Numbered from the stretch's first letter, positions 1 through 14,794 are shown. The stretch is DNA of 64,000 bases from Octopus vulgaris (GCA_951406725.2 OX597832.1:12834001-12898000), one strand, 5' to 3'. A program made the numbers and translations. Notes: generated from the sequence alone by a model not told the origin.

Positions 1-18
1 GTATGTGTATGTGTGTGT

Positions 19-58
<40 letters not shown>

Positions 59-1761
59 ATATGACTGTGCGTGTGTGTGCGTGTGTGTGCGTGTTTGTGT
101 GTGTGCAAATGTAAGCTTTTGAGACTGTGTAAATAGGTGCCTTTTCGAAGCACTATTTCGAAAACTGTATCCTCATAAATTCTAACGGCTCAACCATCAT
201 CAAGAAAATGCAAAAGAACTATAGCTTTACTATTAGGGAAAGTCCATGATCTCATGTGTCAGCCCGTAAAGAGGGAAAATGTAAGCTATCGATTTAGCAA
301 ATTTTTCCTTTCCAAACTCTCCTTATCTCAACTATTGATGAAAAACACAGAATGTAGTCCCTGGCGTAGTAAAAAAAGATGGATGGGTTTTCTGGATAAT
401 TTCTGAATAAAAATCTGGCCGCTGAAAATCATAGTGCTAAAAATATCTCAGGCAACAAATCTACTGAGGGTTAGGTATTCGTCAATAATATTCTGTAGTA
501 TTCGAAAAATACCACAAAAAGGAATGTAATACGCTGCAACGTATTTGCTAACATTGATATTGAACGGCATTGTATCAGAAACCCATTTAAATACACCAAA
601 TTCTCAAAAGGCTATAAATGCCATATGCTTTTCAACACGGTCAACGTAAAGATTAGTTACCTCTGCAAATGGAACATGTTTCTTATCATCGAGTGTTGCA
701 GTGTGAAAAGTACTGCAATTATATTAAAAACAAATACGAGGAATATGCATTTGCCTTTGCATAAAGGTTTAATCAGGTAAAAGAATGTTGTTTGTATATA
801 GGTGCTGATTACTCGAGTCGCTTTAGAACTACTGAAATATTAAACGTAGAAAAGCAAAGAGGAAAGTCATGTCAACATGAAAAGGTACTTTCTGATAAAA
901 TGATCTGGGTGCATAAAAATAACGTGTCTTAACAAATATAACGTGTCTTTGTGAATTATCAAATTTCTGCCGAACTATTTTGGTTTCGAACTAAATATTT
1001 TTCTATTAAGTATGAGACGGATTTTAAAATATATATTTATCATAAGGTAAGTAAAGTGTATTGAGATGGTAAAGATTTCGTTCTTTAGAAACATTTGCAT
1101 GATTTAGTCAGGCAATAGATATCATTGTAGCAAAGTGTGTGTGTTTCTGTGTTTGTGTGTGTGTGCGTTCGTACGTGCCCGTGTGCACCTGTGTGTATGT
1201 GTGTGTAATTGTGTGTATGCATTCATTCATAAACACATATCTTTATAAATCTATATATTTATATATTTAGATATATATATATATATTTATGTATATACAT
1301 ATTCAATCTATCCATAATTTGGCCTAAGATTAATAGATAATTTTTTTCGACATATTGTCACTTAACAGATGTTTCCCCATTATAACCAAATGAAACAGCT
1401 GCGCCAGTAAAAATCTGAAATTACTATGAATTCAGGTGATAGCATTTTTCAATATACCACTATTTTACTGAAGATTTATACAACATTCGAAAGATTTGGT
1501 ATGATGGGCGCCATATCTGACACTTTTACTTCTACAAAGAACACCGTCTGCATTTGAATATCATTTAAACTAGTGTGTCGCCATCGAACAATTATTCTAG
1601 CGGACAGGAATACGTCACCGAATTTACTATAATCCCAATATAATAATATTTTTTTTTGCATGTCATATTTATTATCATTCCGAATTCTTTTTATCGAGAT
1701 GTGCATGAAAGCTTGTATATACATCCGCAATCATATACAAGAAAGCACGAGTAAGTATGTA

Positions 1762-1818
<57 letters not shown>

Positions 1819-3359
1819 CACAATTTATTGATAACACTATCTTCTCGGGTATTAACGATATTATTTCCCCTTTAAGCTGAACAGGAACACAGCTCAGGTG
1901 TGATTTAAAATTGTTTTGATACATATATGTTTGTGTGTGTGTGTGTACGTGCATGTGTGTGTAAGTATATATATATATATCACTGTGATATATATATACA
2001 TATGCTAGTGTTTATAGATATATGTATACAGACACACACACGCACAAACACACATACACACATGTACGTAACATATATGTAACTGCATGGATATAAATAT
2101 ATGAGAGTGTGTGTACATCCGCGTCTGAAATGGATACAGATGTCAGTGTGTAGTTATGTACGTGAATGTATATGCATATTAGAAGAGTTATGGACATTTT
2201 TTATGAGATAACCGATCTTTCTATGATTATATTTCCTTTAAATCATGAAGTTATTAGTTGAAGCCTGTCTGTATCATAAATTGATTCTGTCTGATTAATT
2301 CAAACCGCTATTTGTCTACCGACGACAGTGTGTCTCCTGCCTGTATTGTTAGACAATACTTGTGTGTCTGAAATATCCTCGAACCAAGAAACATGCTCAT
2401 GTTTTGTTTGCGCTATTATTTTATCTCATCAGTGAATAAATTACCACCTGCACAGTATCCAAACCAAATCACTATGGTCATTCTGAATAATATAGCGTAA
2501 GAAAGCTAACACAATGCATTAATCGCCAGAAACTAATTTTACAATATACATATGTGTATATATGTGTGTTCGTAATTATATATGTGTGTGTGTGTACATT
2601 TGTGTCTGCATATATGTGTATGCTTGTTTATGTATCTATAATTATATATGTGTATATTTACATATATATAATATTATTACAGATATATGAAAACCAAAAT
2701 ACTAATACTGACTTCATATTTAGTCGCCAACGCATTTCTCGCTTCAACGCCATGAAGGCAACAATTGAATGATTTTCCAAGGGGCTGTCATTCATTTCTG
2801 TGTAAAAATAGCTCTTATACTCTACAAATGCCCGCTGAGTGTATTAGTTAATCTGATATACTTTACAAGAGTATATTACATCATGATATATTCTACAAGA
2901 CAGTTTCTTCAGATAATGTCAAAATGTGTTGTATATGATGTATATACAACCCAGAAACATTAAAATAAATGTGTGGGACTGTATGTGTGTGTATGTTTGT
3001 GTGTGTGCGTGTGGTGCATGTATGAATGTGCAAACTGATGTAGGAGAATTTTCTGAATTCGTTGATAGCTTGACAGTCTTGTAATTGATACAGTGACCTG
3101 TTAGCTGTACTTTCAGATATAAAACCTTGATGGGTAAACACTGTCATTTCCTACTTGAGGTTTCTTAAGATTTCATCTCTGAAAAATATTTGTTAATTTG
3201 AAGAAATGAAAGACAATGATATTTGAAGGGAGAGACTAAGTAGATTATATCGACCCCAGTATATGACTGGAACTAAATTTCATCGGAATACACAGTTGTT
3301 CTCGGTTTGATTTGAATTCAGAGTACCAACAACCGATATAATTAAAACGATAACCGTCG

Positions 3360-3649
3360 ACTTTTTCAAGCCTAGCCAGGCTCATGGGCCCAGTTTCCCG
3401 GTTTCTGAGGCGTATGTATTCCCCCCTAGCTTGACGGGACGCCAATCCATCGCAGTGTTACTCAAGAAACAGAAAGAGAAAGTTGTGGTGAAAGAGTATA
3501 ACAGGGGTCGCTACCACACCCTGCTGGAGCCTCTTTGAGCTTTTAGGTGTTTTCTCTCAATAAACATACACAACGCCCGGTCTTGGAATCGAAACCGCGA
3601 TCTTCTGACCGCGAATCCCCTGCCCTAACCACTGGTCCATTGTGCCTCC
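3360..3649 (-). mobile_element. tRNA-derived SINE, family B head with tail type 1
   Basis: Reverse complement begins GGAGGCACAATGGACCAGTGGTTAGGGCAG...GGTTTCGATTCC (A and B boxes). Head is homologous to 61586+; tail is homologous to 37730-37850. Confidence 0.85.
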
Positions 3650-5777
3650 ATGACCAATATAATTATCGAAAGAGATTTCGTTTGATGGTATAACGCTTCT
3701 ACCAATCTAGCGGCCCTCAGTTCTGCTAAAAACTATTTTTAAAAAACTAGAAAATAAACATATTTTCTTCTACAAAAACTTTAAAATGAGTTTCACTTTT
3801 CAATATTTATTATGATACCAATATTTAATATGACATCAGTAGCTAAAATACCGATAGTATTGTTGAAGTGCATACACACCTAGAGTTGCTTTAAATAATC
3901 TTGGGTTTCGTACAGTGGATCTCAAAGATCTGGATTGCATGGTAAATGCCTCTTGTCACGTAAATGGGAATAGAGCTATCCGTATTTATCATTAACTGTG
4001 TATACGCTTTCTTCTTTAACGACAAGGCTGCTTTCCTGATTTATTGCTGTTGTTGATTACTTTCAGAGATGTGTTTGATATTGCTGTCTGATATTTATCG
4101 TCATATATTACGCGGTACTAATTTTTCTGATATGTGTGTGTGAGTGTACATAAGCACATAAATATTAATATATATATAATGAGAGAGAATGAGAGAGAGA
4201 GGTTATGAGAGGTAATGGTGTGAGAAAGACCCAAAGGCGTCAGATAATGCTGGGTAGGTGCTATGGATAGAAGGCAGTTTATCTCCAAGTTCGGTGATTA
4301 TGCGAATGAGTAGTCCAACGTAGATCATATACCAGTATGTGTATATATAATTTTTTTTTTCAGAATGGGATAAAAAATAACCCAAAGTTCTGCAGCTTTT
4401 TTTTCTAAAGCCTACACAGCCATGTTTTTTTTAGTCTCATTCTGAAAACATATGTGTGTGTGTGCGTGTGTGTCTGTGATGTGTTTGTATACAAGTTTTT
4501 GTATACAAATATATAAATATGTATATATTTATTACGTGAAATTTAAACAAACATAAGTTTGTTTTTGAAGCGTTGAAACGTATCGTAGAGGAAGAAAGAT
4601 ATTTTTTTTTTTGGAAAAATATATCTTTCTACTTGTTATAAATATATATATATTTGTATATATACATACATACATATAAAGTTGCAGATTATTACACAAC
4701 ATCAATATATAAGTGTGTGCGTGTATGTCTCTAAGCGCTCGTTCGTGTGCATTTGTGTGTATGTGTGTGTTTGTGTGTGTATGTTTCTGTGTGCGCCTGT
4801 GCGCGCGCTCGTATTTGAAGTCAGTTGACCGTCAACAAATATCACAGAAAATAGCAACTAAAGTTCATTAAATTCACATTATGCCTTCTAGGAGAAAGAA
4901 GGATAGATGGATAATCATTTCTGGATGTACTTTGTTTACGATAAAAAGAACTGGTGGACACAACTGAAATGCATTTCATCATAATTATGATTTATCGGGG
5001 TTGATCTTTGTTTAAACAATACAAACAGCAACACCACTAACAACAGCAAACTTTACTTGCCATTTTGTCTCCAGGGAATTAGAAATCTATATAGTTATGC
5101 TGATTTTGCAGATAAATATTCCGTCACTAGAATGCAATTCCTAAAATATATTGATTAACTGTGTTTGTATATGAAGAAAACGGCATAATTATGTATCATA
5201 ATTTGCTTTTCGTTCCCTTGGCAAACATTTGCTTAATTATAAGTTGTAGAAATTTCTTTTTCTCTATCTTTAAATTTAACACATTCTAATAGAGTTAATA
5301 TTTTCACTCTTAGGAAATTACATTCATGTGAAGACAAATCTCTAATAAAAGTAGCATTTGTTCCAAATATTTAGTTCTATTTCCTTTATTTTCATCACTT
5401 ACATCATTGTTATTCTGTTAATGGTAATTCTTAGTCTCCTGTGCTGTGTTGATAATTGTTCGCTACAGAATTCAGGTAGCACTTTAAGATAGGTATGAAA
5501 AATGTCGCACTGCTACGAAAAAAATATGGTCAGTGTGTCGCTAACATATATTGGCATGTTGCATTATATAGCAAACATAATTTTCAGTATAAATGGCTAA
5601 GTATCAATTGGTAATAGATTTTACCTAGTATCTAATCATTCCATTACATAGTGCACTCTCGCGCAGATGCAATGCGATCTTTAGAAACTCGGCACTTTAA
5701 GCAAGATATTTCTGGTTTAGCTTCGACTGAACCAATGATTTGAACCATTTGAATGTCCGTCTCTCGCAAACACACGC

Positions 5778-5913
5778 AAATACATACACACACATATGTG
5801 TGTAGATACATATATAAATACATACACACACATATGTGTGTAGATACATATATAAATACATACACACTTATGTGTGTAGATACATATATAAAAAAACATA
5901 CACACACATATGT
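5778..5913. repeat. 38-bp minisatellite (~3.5 copies) with internal palindrome ACACACATATGTGTGT
   Basis: Unit aaatacatacacacacatatgtgtgtagatacatatat repeats directly and is followed by (AGAT)n at 5918-5975. Confidence 0.8.
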
Positions 5914-5916
5914 ACC

Positions 5917-5976
<60 letters not shown>

Positions 5977-6182
5977 AAGCAATAGTTCCCTGCTTCTTCC
6001 AGTTCATGCTATATGCTAGTCCACATATATATAAAGATTGTAATTGTAAGCTGTCATTCCTATAAGCAAAGGAAACACATGTAATAGTAAATAAATAATA
6101 CAAAACAAATCAAATTTTCTGTGTTTTTTTTATCGGATATTTATCTACAGAATTAGATAGGCAGGCCGACTGACTGACACCG

Positions 6183-6475
<293 letters not shown>

Positions 6476-6602
6476 TGTATACAATCTTATTTAACATGTT
6501 TTTTGTGCATTCAGATATGGAGAAACATTCGCTGCAGAAATTATTTCGAGAGAAAAAATCTCCTTATACACATTATGAATGAAAAACAATCACGGGGATA
6601 CG

Positions 6603-6841
6603 ATTGATGTTATCATATGGTAGGATATACATATGTTTCCTCGTTGTCACGCGTCATCAGTTGCTGAAACCAAGAGTCGTCGTTCACACAAACTAAAAGT
6701 GTTATCTTCATAACATAACAGCAACCGGTATCTAGAACAATAAGTTATTTGTGGCTATGAGCGACTACTGAGTCGTTGCGGTTGACGACGCGTGACAACG
6801 AGGAAACACAAGAGTCCTCCAATCTGATAACAATATTCAAT
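6603..6841. mobile_element. MITE-like long inverted repeat / hairpin
   Basis: Imperfect arms of about 80 bp with a perfect 22-bp core, TGTTTCCTCGTTGTCACGCGTC (6634-6655) versus its reverse complement (6787-6808). Outer ends TGTTATCA...TGATAACA. Confidence 0.7.
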
Positions 6842-7059
6842 GCCCAATGATGTGTTTAAAAGAAAAGAAGTATAAAACGGAATCAACATTTTTCAGATAG
6901 TCCTGTGGCTGATATGATCGAATATAAAATCCTTGATGACACCACCATGTTATGATCTTATCCAAGTAACTAAACCCTGTAAAAGACACAAAGTTATCTG
7001 CAAAAGAGTAAAACAATAAGCACCTCTTTTTTTTGTAAATTTTTAGTTTTAATTTACTT

Positions 7060-7420
7060 TGTTAACATAGCAAATGATTGTTATCTTCTCTACGCAAGAC
7101 ATGTAACATTTTCGTACTGACTTCCAACTATCTCGTATTTGATAAGAACATTTCAAGTCTCTTGCTAATTGTAAACAATACTGTAGGTTCTTATTGATTT
7201 CATTATTCCTGCATCTTTCAGCTGAACCCACTTCCTACGTTCACCTAGATTTTCTGCTTGCCTGAAAAGCCATCTCTTTGGCTTATGTCTAAACATTCTT
7301 TTATTTACATCGTTAATGTTTTTTCTTCCTACTGAAATTCATTTAATCTCTCTTTCACTGTCCTCTCCACCACGATTATTATTGCAGCATCAGTAATCTT
7401 ATTTCAGTAGTTCTGTGAAA
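7060..7420 (-). pseudogene. Possible very old non-LTR retrotransposon fragment (post-RT / pre-zinc-knuckle region)
   Basis: By-eye minus-strand translation RMFRHKPKRWLFRQAENLGERRKWVQLKDAG...*QET*NVLIKYEIVGSQYENVTC weakly resembles R4/RTE-type K.LHGQ.LRQ...RW.WL..G...AAQEQ.L.TN.IKY.I. Multiple stops. Confidence 0.25.
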
Positions 7421-7636
7421 TAAAAGTGCACAGAGACAGCGAAACAGGACAAAGTTCTATGTCCAGTCTGGGTTTTATATTCAATCGATCCAGATTGAAT
7501 TGTCATCATATCAAATAGTAAGCATATTCATAACATCAGCATAAGTTTCGTCCCACTGGGTTTAGCTCGTCTACAGTTAAACCTATGAATATTTTCAGTC
7601 AAAGATTGTATTAGAACATAACCCAGTTTTAATTTT

Positions 7637-8269
7637 TCAAATTTTATTACTAATACTAATGTTAATACTACTACTCATCTACCTGATATTCTTATTACCG
7701 TATCTGTATTTACCTTCAGCTTTGTAGTTTTACTAGTTAAGAACCGATTGTGTAAGCTAGTATTCAATATATCATGTTCTGTATGTTATATTATATTCTG
7801 TATGTTAAGGAATTAACCTTCGTGTATAGTTTTCCTTTTAAGAGAAGACGGTATGATTTTAGCTGCTATTTCTTTCAGGTCAAACGGCAACAGAAACCTA
7901 GTGTTTCTCTTAAAAGAATTTCTAATTTAGTTACAAGGCCATCAGTTTTTATGCAAGAATTTATTTACTACCATCAATCCCAGTACATGATTATGTATTT
8001 ATGTTATTAAAGCGGAAAGTAGATATTACTAAGATGAGCTTGATAGGTTTCGAACACCGAACGAAGAATTTCTCTTAGTAAATACCGTCAGACATTTAGT
8101 CTAACAGCTCCTCAGTCTATGATAGTTCACGGAATGCATTTGTTTCTCTACACTTATGACTGCATATATTAGGACTTCAGACGCGCTTATTTATAGTTTC
8201 TCAAATTTTATTACAAATAATACTAATGGTTAATACTACTACTCATCTACCTAAGGATATTCTTATTAC
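7637..8269 (+). repeat. Dispersed ~65-bp direct repeat (7637-7698 and 8201-8269)
   Basis: tcaaattttattac..taatactaatg(g)ttaatactactactcatctacct..gatattcttattac occurs twice with small indels. Confidence 0.8.
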
Positions 8270-8521
8270 ACATTTACTATTATCAGAAGACTGTAGAAGC
8301 ACATTGTAGTTTTTTGGTTACTTTGGAAGTAAATTTGCCAATATATATAGATGATAGTTTCGGTAAAGGAATGTGATGGAATTGTAGTGTACACTTCCGA
8401 TATTTTTACTTAGAAAAAGTGAAAAAAATAAAAAAAGAGAAAAGATTATTTAAAACTAACTTGTTAACTTGTTAACACCTCTTAAAATCCTATTCTTAAT
8501 TATTTTCCAGAATGATCACGC

Positions 8522-8918
<397 letters not shown>

Positions 8919-9013
8919 TGCGTGGATGCTGGGATTAGCAATAAATAACAAGAAGATTTTCTCGAAATTTTAGATTCAGTATTTCATTTTTAGAGACACG
9001 TTTCCTTTATTTG

Positions 9014-9358
9014 CGATAATCTTGTTTGGCACGAACTCGAGACTTAAATATACATATACGTGTTTAATAGGCAGAAAACGGTTGTAAAGAAAAGAAATGT
9101 TGATAACGAAAAAAAAACATGTCCGAAAATAAATTCATCGATTTTATTGGAAAATATTATGTCCAAGAAGTCGGTTAAATATGTATACACAAAGATATAC
9201 TCCTCCAGTTTATATATATTCTCACTTTCAATGCTTGCCTTTCCCACTCCCTCTATCTCTATTTCTCTGTACGTGTATATATATATATATATATATATGT
9301 GTATATATATATATATATATAAATATATAGATATATATTTATATATATGTATATGTGT

Positions 9359-9392
<34 letters not shown>

Positions 9393-9481
9393 AAATATAT
9401 ATCTATATATTCATATATATAAATATACACATATATGCATATATACATTTAGGTATATATCTGCATGCATATATGTATATA

Positions 9482-9533
<52 letters not shown>

Positions 9534-10020
9534 TTATAAAATGAGATAGGGGTTGAAAATTCAACCCACCATGGGATAATATATATCCAATATACTGCTA
9601 GATAGGTACCCAACAAAATTGATACATAGATGTTAGAAATTGCCAAGCAATCAGTTCATCTATTGTATTAAATGGGTAAGGGTAATAATATTACCGTAAA
9701 TTAATACTACAAAATTAGAGAATGGAGAAACATATTTAAATCAATAAAACATCAACTATCCGATAATCTTGTTTGGCACGAACTCGAGACTTAAATATAC
9801 ATATACGTGTTTAATAGGCAGAAAACGGTTGTAAAGAAAAGAAATGTTGATAACGAAAAAAAAAACATGTCCGAAAATAAATTCATCGATTTTATTGGAA
9901 AATATTATGTCCAAGAAGTCGGTTAAATATGTATACACAAAGATATACTCCTCCAGTTTATATATATTCTCACTTTCAATGCTTGCCTTTCCCACTCCCT
10001 CTATCTCTATTTCTCTGTAC

Positions 10021-10081
<61 letters not shown>

Positions 10082-10103
10082 TATAGATATATATTTATAT
10101 ATA

Positions 10104-10164
<61 letters not shown>

Positions 10165-10257
10165 AAATATATATCTATATATTCATATATATAAATATAC
10201 ACATATATGCATATATACATTTAGGTATATATCTGCATGCATATATGTATATATGCA
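9014..10257 (+). repeat. Near-identical ~480-bp direct duplication (9014-9485 and 9761-10257)
   Basis: Both copies start cgataatcttgtttggcacgaactcgagac and end gcatatatgtatatatgca. Differences are concentrated in the lengths of the A-run and (TA)n tracts. Confidence 0.92.
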
Positions 10258-10301
10258 AATATATGTATGTTATATATATATACACACACATATATATATA
10301 T

Positions 10302-10401
<100 letters not shown>

Positions 10402-11279
10402 TACATGTATTTATATGTATATGTGTATATACATGTACGTATATATTTACGTACATATAACCTTGAAAAACAAACATAGTTAACGATTATTCTTCAAATA
10501 TATTTTGTCGCTTATTCATTCTTAATTCGAGTGCTATCTAGTAGCATTTTATATCATTTTACAATATGCAACTATTTGCTATGAGTGTTGCAGCAATTGT
10601 GATTATACAGCTCTCGTTTTGTTTTGTCATTATCCTTCCCGAGGCTCTACGATTCTTTTGTTATATTTTAAATAATGTCTGTCAAAAGATGTTTGTACGA
10701 ATATATTCATTCTGATTTGGTGTTCTGTTAGCAACAATTGTTTCTATTCAAATCTTACCTCAAATCTTTAGTTTGTATCCGTAGTTATCTGGAATAATAT
10801 TTTTCGGAATATAATGCTTATACCATTTATATTCTATCGTGTTATAGGTATTATCGTTAAAGGTAATATGTAGGGAAATTCTAGTCAGGGTTTACAAAGC
10901 TGCAACCCATATAGATGTGCAGTCCCCCGCATATGTGTTTTAGTTGATCGTGTATGCAAATTTTCTCTTTTCACACTTCCCTTATTTATCTCTTAAAGAG
11001 ACAGCCGACTCGTGCCGATATCGCTTTCTAGCAATGTAGTTGTCAGCGTTGCATCAGAACACAAAACACCTCACTCAACTCAATCAGCTAATATTTCAAG
11101 TTCGCCACCTACCATAACTGGTTACGTTTAGAGCATTATCAAGCCCAAAAATCGTGACAGGCAAAGTTAACCTATTCGAAATAGGAACACAAAACGCAGA
11201 ATGTTGGTGCAAATATCCCAAAACATTCTAACAGTGAAGGGTCTGCTATCTAGCCACCTTCTAAAGAATAGTATAATCG

Positions 11280-11478
11280 TTACTACCGTAGGCACTCCTC
11301 CCGTGACTTTGCGAGAATGGGTCTAGTCGATTATATCGACTCAAGTGCGTAATTAATGCTAATTTTATTGATCCTGAAAGGAGGAAAGGCAAGTCGACCT
11401 CAGCGGATTTTAAACTTAGAACGTAGGGACGGACGAAATGCTGCTAAGTATTACGATTCTCACAGCTAGCCGCCTTTA
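11280..11478 (-). mobile_element. SINE family A, degenerate copy
   Basis: gtcgattatatcgac...tttattgatcctgaaaggaggaaaggcaagtcgacctcagcgga...cagctagccgcc matches the reverse complement of 11963-12130. Confidence 0.75.
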
Positions 11479-11719
11479 ACAAAAATATTCTAATGATTCT
11501 ATTTTCTTACGTATAGTACTCCCTTTTATCACTAGGCCAGAATTTTAGAGTTGAGATTTCCTCGTTTACATTGACCTCACTAGTTCATGGTAGTTTATTA
11601 TATTGACGCAGAGAAGCTGATCTTGGCGATATTTGAAATCAGAGCGTAACGAATCAGAAAAAATGCAACTCGGCACCTCATATTTCTTGTTTATATAGGA
11701 AACTCATTTAATTTGGTTT

Positions 11720-12478
11720 CACTGGGCAAAAAAATAAAAAATAAAATTATTTTCTACGCAGACAAATGGTGCTGTACTAAACTAAATCCAGTAAGCTGAT
11801 TTCGAATCTGAACTTGGAATTGCTGTAGCACAGTTAAAACAGTAATCACGCAAAGCGCGAGATACACATGCCGCACGTAACGGCAGTGCAAGCGACACTG
11901 AGATTTACCAAGAACATAATACATCATAATACATCAAAAAAAAAAAAAATAATAAAAAAATAGGGCGGCGAGCTGGCAGAAACGTTAGCACGCCGGGCGA
12001 AATGCGTAGCCGTATTTCGTCTGTCGTTACGTTCTGAGTTCAAATTCCGCCGAGGTCGACTTTGCCTTTCATCCTTTCGGTGTCGATAAATAAAGTACCA
12101 GTTTCCCACTGGAGTCGATGTAATCGACTTAATTCCTTTGTCTGTCCTTGTTTGTCCTCTCTATGTTTAGCCCCTTGTGGGCAGTAAAGAAATACATAAT
12201 ACATCAGCGCCATCTATTGCAAAACTAAATAATGAACTTTCACATCGTTTGTTTTATTGTTCTTATTTCTTTCATTTTGAATTAAAACCGTTTTCATTTT
12301 AGCAAATTTTACAATACTGCCTATATCTAGCCGAAAGTATAGTCATAATCTTGCGCATTCGCATAGCTGAAAATCCTGACGGGCTAGAACAATTCTGAAT
12401 ACAAATTGGGAATCAGCATACTCAATTTAGTCTGAAACACATTCATTACCCCAGTAGCAAAATCTTTGTTGTCCAGTG
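11720..12478. mobile_element. Non-autonomous DNA transposon with CACTG...CAGTG termini (CMC/Chapaev3-like), interrupted by a SINE
   Basis: Left end CACTGGGCAAAAAA, right end TTTGTTGTCCAGTG. Subterminal inverted similarity: actaaatccagtaagctgatttcgaatctgaacttggaattgctgtagc versus the reverse complement of gctagaacaattctgaatacaaattgggaatcagcatactcaatttagt. The family name comes from recalled terminal motifs. Confidence 0.72.
11963..12194 (+). mobile_element. Full-length SINE family A (tail A1) with 12-bp TSD
   Basis: GGCGGCGAGCTGGCAGAAACGTTAG (A box) ... GAGTTCAAATTCC (B box), then GAGGTCGACTTTGCCTTTCATCCTTTCGG.GTCGATAAA (resembles the Meta-type SINE central domain) and tail ...TAAAGAAATA. TSD CATAATACATCA at 11925-11936 and 12195-12206. 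Confidence 0.93.
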
Positions 12479-13208
12479 TAATATTTATATATTTCCTGGC
12501 GCTCCTTTAAATTTCGTATTAAATATAATTACTTGATAGAAATATTAAAATTACTAAGTCTCTCTAAAGGAGATTACGGCAGCGTTACTGGAAATTAATA
12601 GTTATCGCCATACTAGTATATTTAATGGACGCAGGTTCGTGTTTCAAATAGCTAGCTTGAGGCGGTGGCCTCATGGAGCTAACCAGCGACAGCTTTAGTC
12701 TTATATTTATAATTACTTGGACTTATTGAAAGTCTTTCCTTGAAAACTATGTGTAATTGGAATAAAATATTAAATCAAATATGTAAGAAAAAGAAAATAA
12801 AGGAAAAGGATAAAATACAAGCAAATGTAATATCTACTGTAAAAGACTAATAGCATTCTACTTGTGCGGTTCAGGGAAATTTAAGATAAATTTTGCTTAC
12901 TCGATCGTATTTCAATGTTGGATTTTAGACGTAATTTTTCTTAAAAATCAGTTTTACGTATGATTATCCTCTTTGTACCCATCAACATTTTCAACTTCAT
13001 CATCATTATTCTCATCATCATTAGATATGTGTTTTATTGCTTTGAAATTATAGCATTAAAGAACACTTAAGAAAACGGAACTGACACATCATTTATTGGG
13101 GAAAAAATGCCGATAGAACAGAAAACGGAGAATTTAATTTAAGAAAATACTCATTACGAAGAGAAAATGTATATTCTTTGAAAACATTACAATGTAATTT
13201 TTTTATAC

Positions 13209-13250
<42 letters not shown>

Positions 13251-14000
13251 ATTAATGGAAATATATTATAAATACACACCCACACAAAATAGACACACAT
13301 TTTCTATTCTTTTGGTGCATACACTTCTTTGCATATAAGCATTCTTAATTAATGTTTGCCTTCCATATTGTTTACTTTTTCATGGCTCTTTCTTTGAATC
13401 TAATCATTGCAATAAGAGGTGTAATTTAGGTAATAGCATTCTGTGCAATTATCAGACAATCTTAATTATACTCTAATAAACCAAAATTTCTGTTATTTAT
13501 GTTGTGCAAAGCGATGGTTTTGTTGTCAATTAAAGTTCCTCTAATTATCAGGTTGAGTGAAATAGTTTGAAAAATTAGAATGGAAATGTTTCCAGCAATT
13601 TTATTATTGAATCTGTAGAAAAATGGTAATCAAAATGCATGTTATTTGCAATTGTAGTAACGAAATTGGTTGCAAGTAAACGGTACGAAATACATTTGTT
13701 GAAAACTTCACATGTCTTTATATATTTTAAAATATTTTTCCATAGATTTTGTGTAGAATTGCAATAAAGTAAATAGCAATAGGCGCACTATACTTAAAAA
13801 AAAATTGTTTGATATTTCATTACATACAAAGAAAATCTCCAAACAAAGAAATGAAATTTCTGTTAATTTTATCATAATATGAAATTAACTGCTGAGTTGA
13901 TCATGTGGTGCAAAACAGAACTATAGAGAGTTAGATACGTAAATATTTTATTTATTTTACAATAAAGGCAAAATTGTCATTTTTGTAACACTGAGAGTTA

Positions 14001-14075
14001 TTGAATTTAAGCACATCGTAAACATCATTGCATCGCGGTTGAATTTAAGCACATCGTAAAATTGTTGCATCGCGG
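14001..14075 (+). repeat. Tandem duplication, ~38-bp unit x2
   Basis: ttgaatttaagcacatcgtaaa...ttgcatcgcgg occurs twice. Confidence 0.85.
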
Positions 14076-14362
14076 GTTATAGTAACATTTCGTCCTTTTT
14101 GTGTTAAAACAATGTAGTGCTTCCTCACAATCAATTGAAATCCACGTACATAAATTTTTGAACGGCGCTGATAACTTGCTGGATCACACGAACATAAAGC
14201 ATACCAGCCTGAAACTGGAGTTAGCAACGACCATGTCATCCGTTACTCATCCCATATTTACTGTTATTAAACGTGCACAGGAATATATATGTATATATGT
14301 ATATATATGTCTGTATGAGTTAGGGGTTAAGAGACCATCTAAGTGTATCTGTGCACTCACCA

Positions 14363-14444
<82 letters not shown>

Positions 14445-14448
<4 letters not shown>

Positions 14449-14630
14449 ATCCAAACAAGAAAACACAGAAAAAAAGAGAAAAAAACACAGCAACGCAGGA
14501 CGTGGAACAATTAAAGTATTATTGACGCTCAGGAAAGAAGGGAAGGAGGGTTTAACGTTTCGAGCGGAGCTTTTCGTCGGAAACAAGGAGAAGGAAAGAT
14601 CCCAAGAAGGGAAGACAGAAGAAAAAATAT
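14445..14630 (-). mobile_element. Penelope-like terminal-repeat fragment with minimal hammerhead-like motif (14550-14584)
   Basis: Minus strand reads gttt-CCGACGA-a-aagc-tcc-gctc-GAAAC-GTT-aaac, giving helix I, helix II and a palindromic ACGT helix III. Confidence 0.6.
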
Positions 14631-14699
14631 TTGAGCTGGTGGTGCTCAAGAGATATATATAAGGCAGTGTTATCATGGCTACCGAATAATTACACATAT

Positions 14700-14730
<31 letters not shown>

Positions 14731-14794
14731 ACAGAGAGAGAGAGAGAGAGAGAGAGAGGGGAGGGGGATAGATAGATAAATAGGTAGATAGAGG

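Noticed and set aside
240-345. FPNSPYLNY resembling the Tc1 WPPNSPDLNP motif
   Set aside because: Isolated short match with no supporting upstream QDNA motif in frame.
8495-8520. Acceptor-like ttttccAG|AATG resembling the exon's acceptor, a possible micro-exon
   Set aside because: Runs straight into (TA)n with no donor site or neuroligin-like residues.
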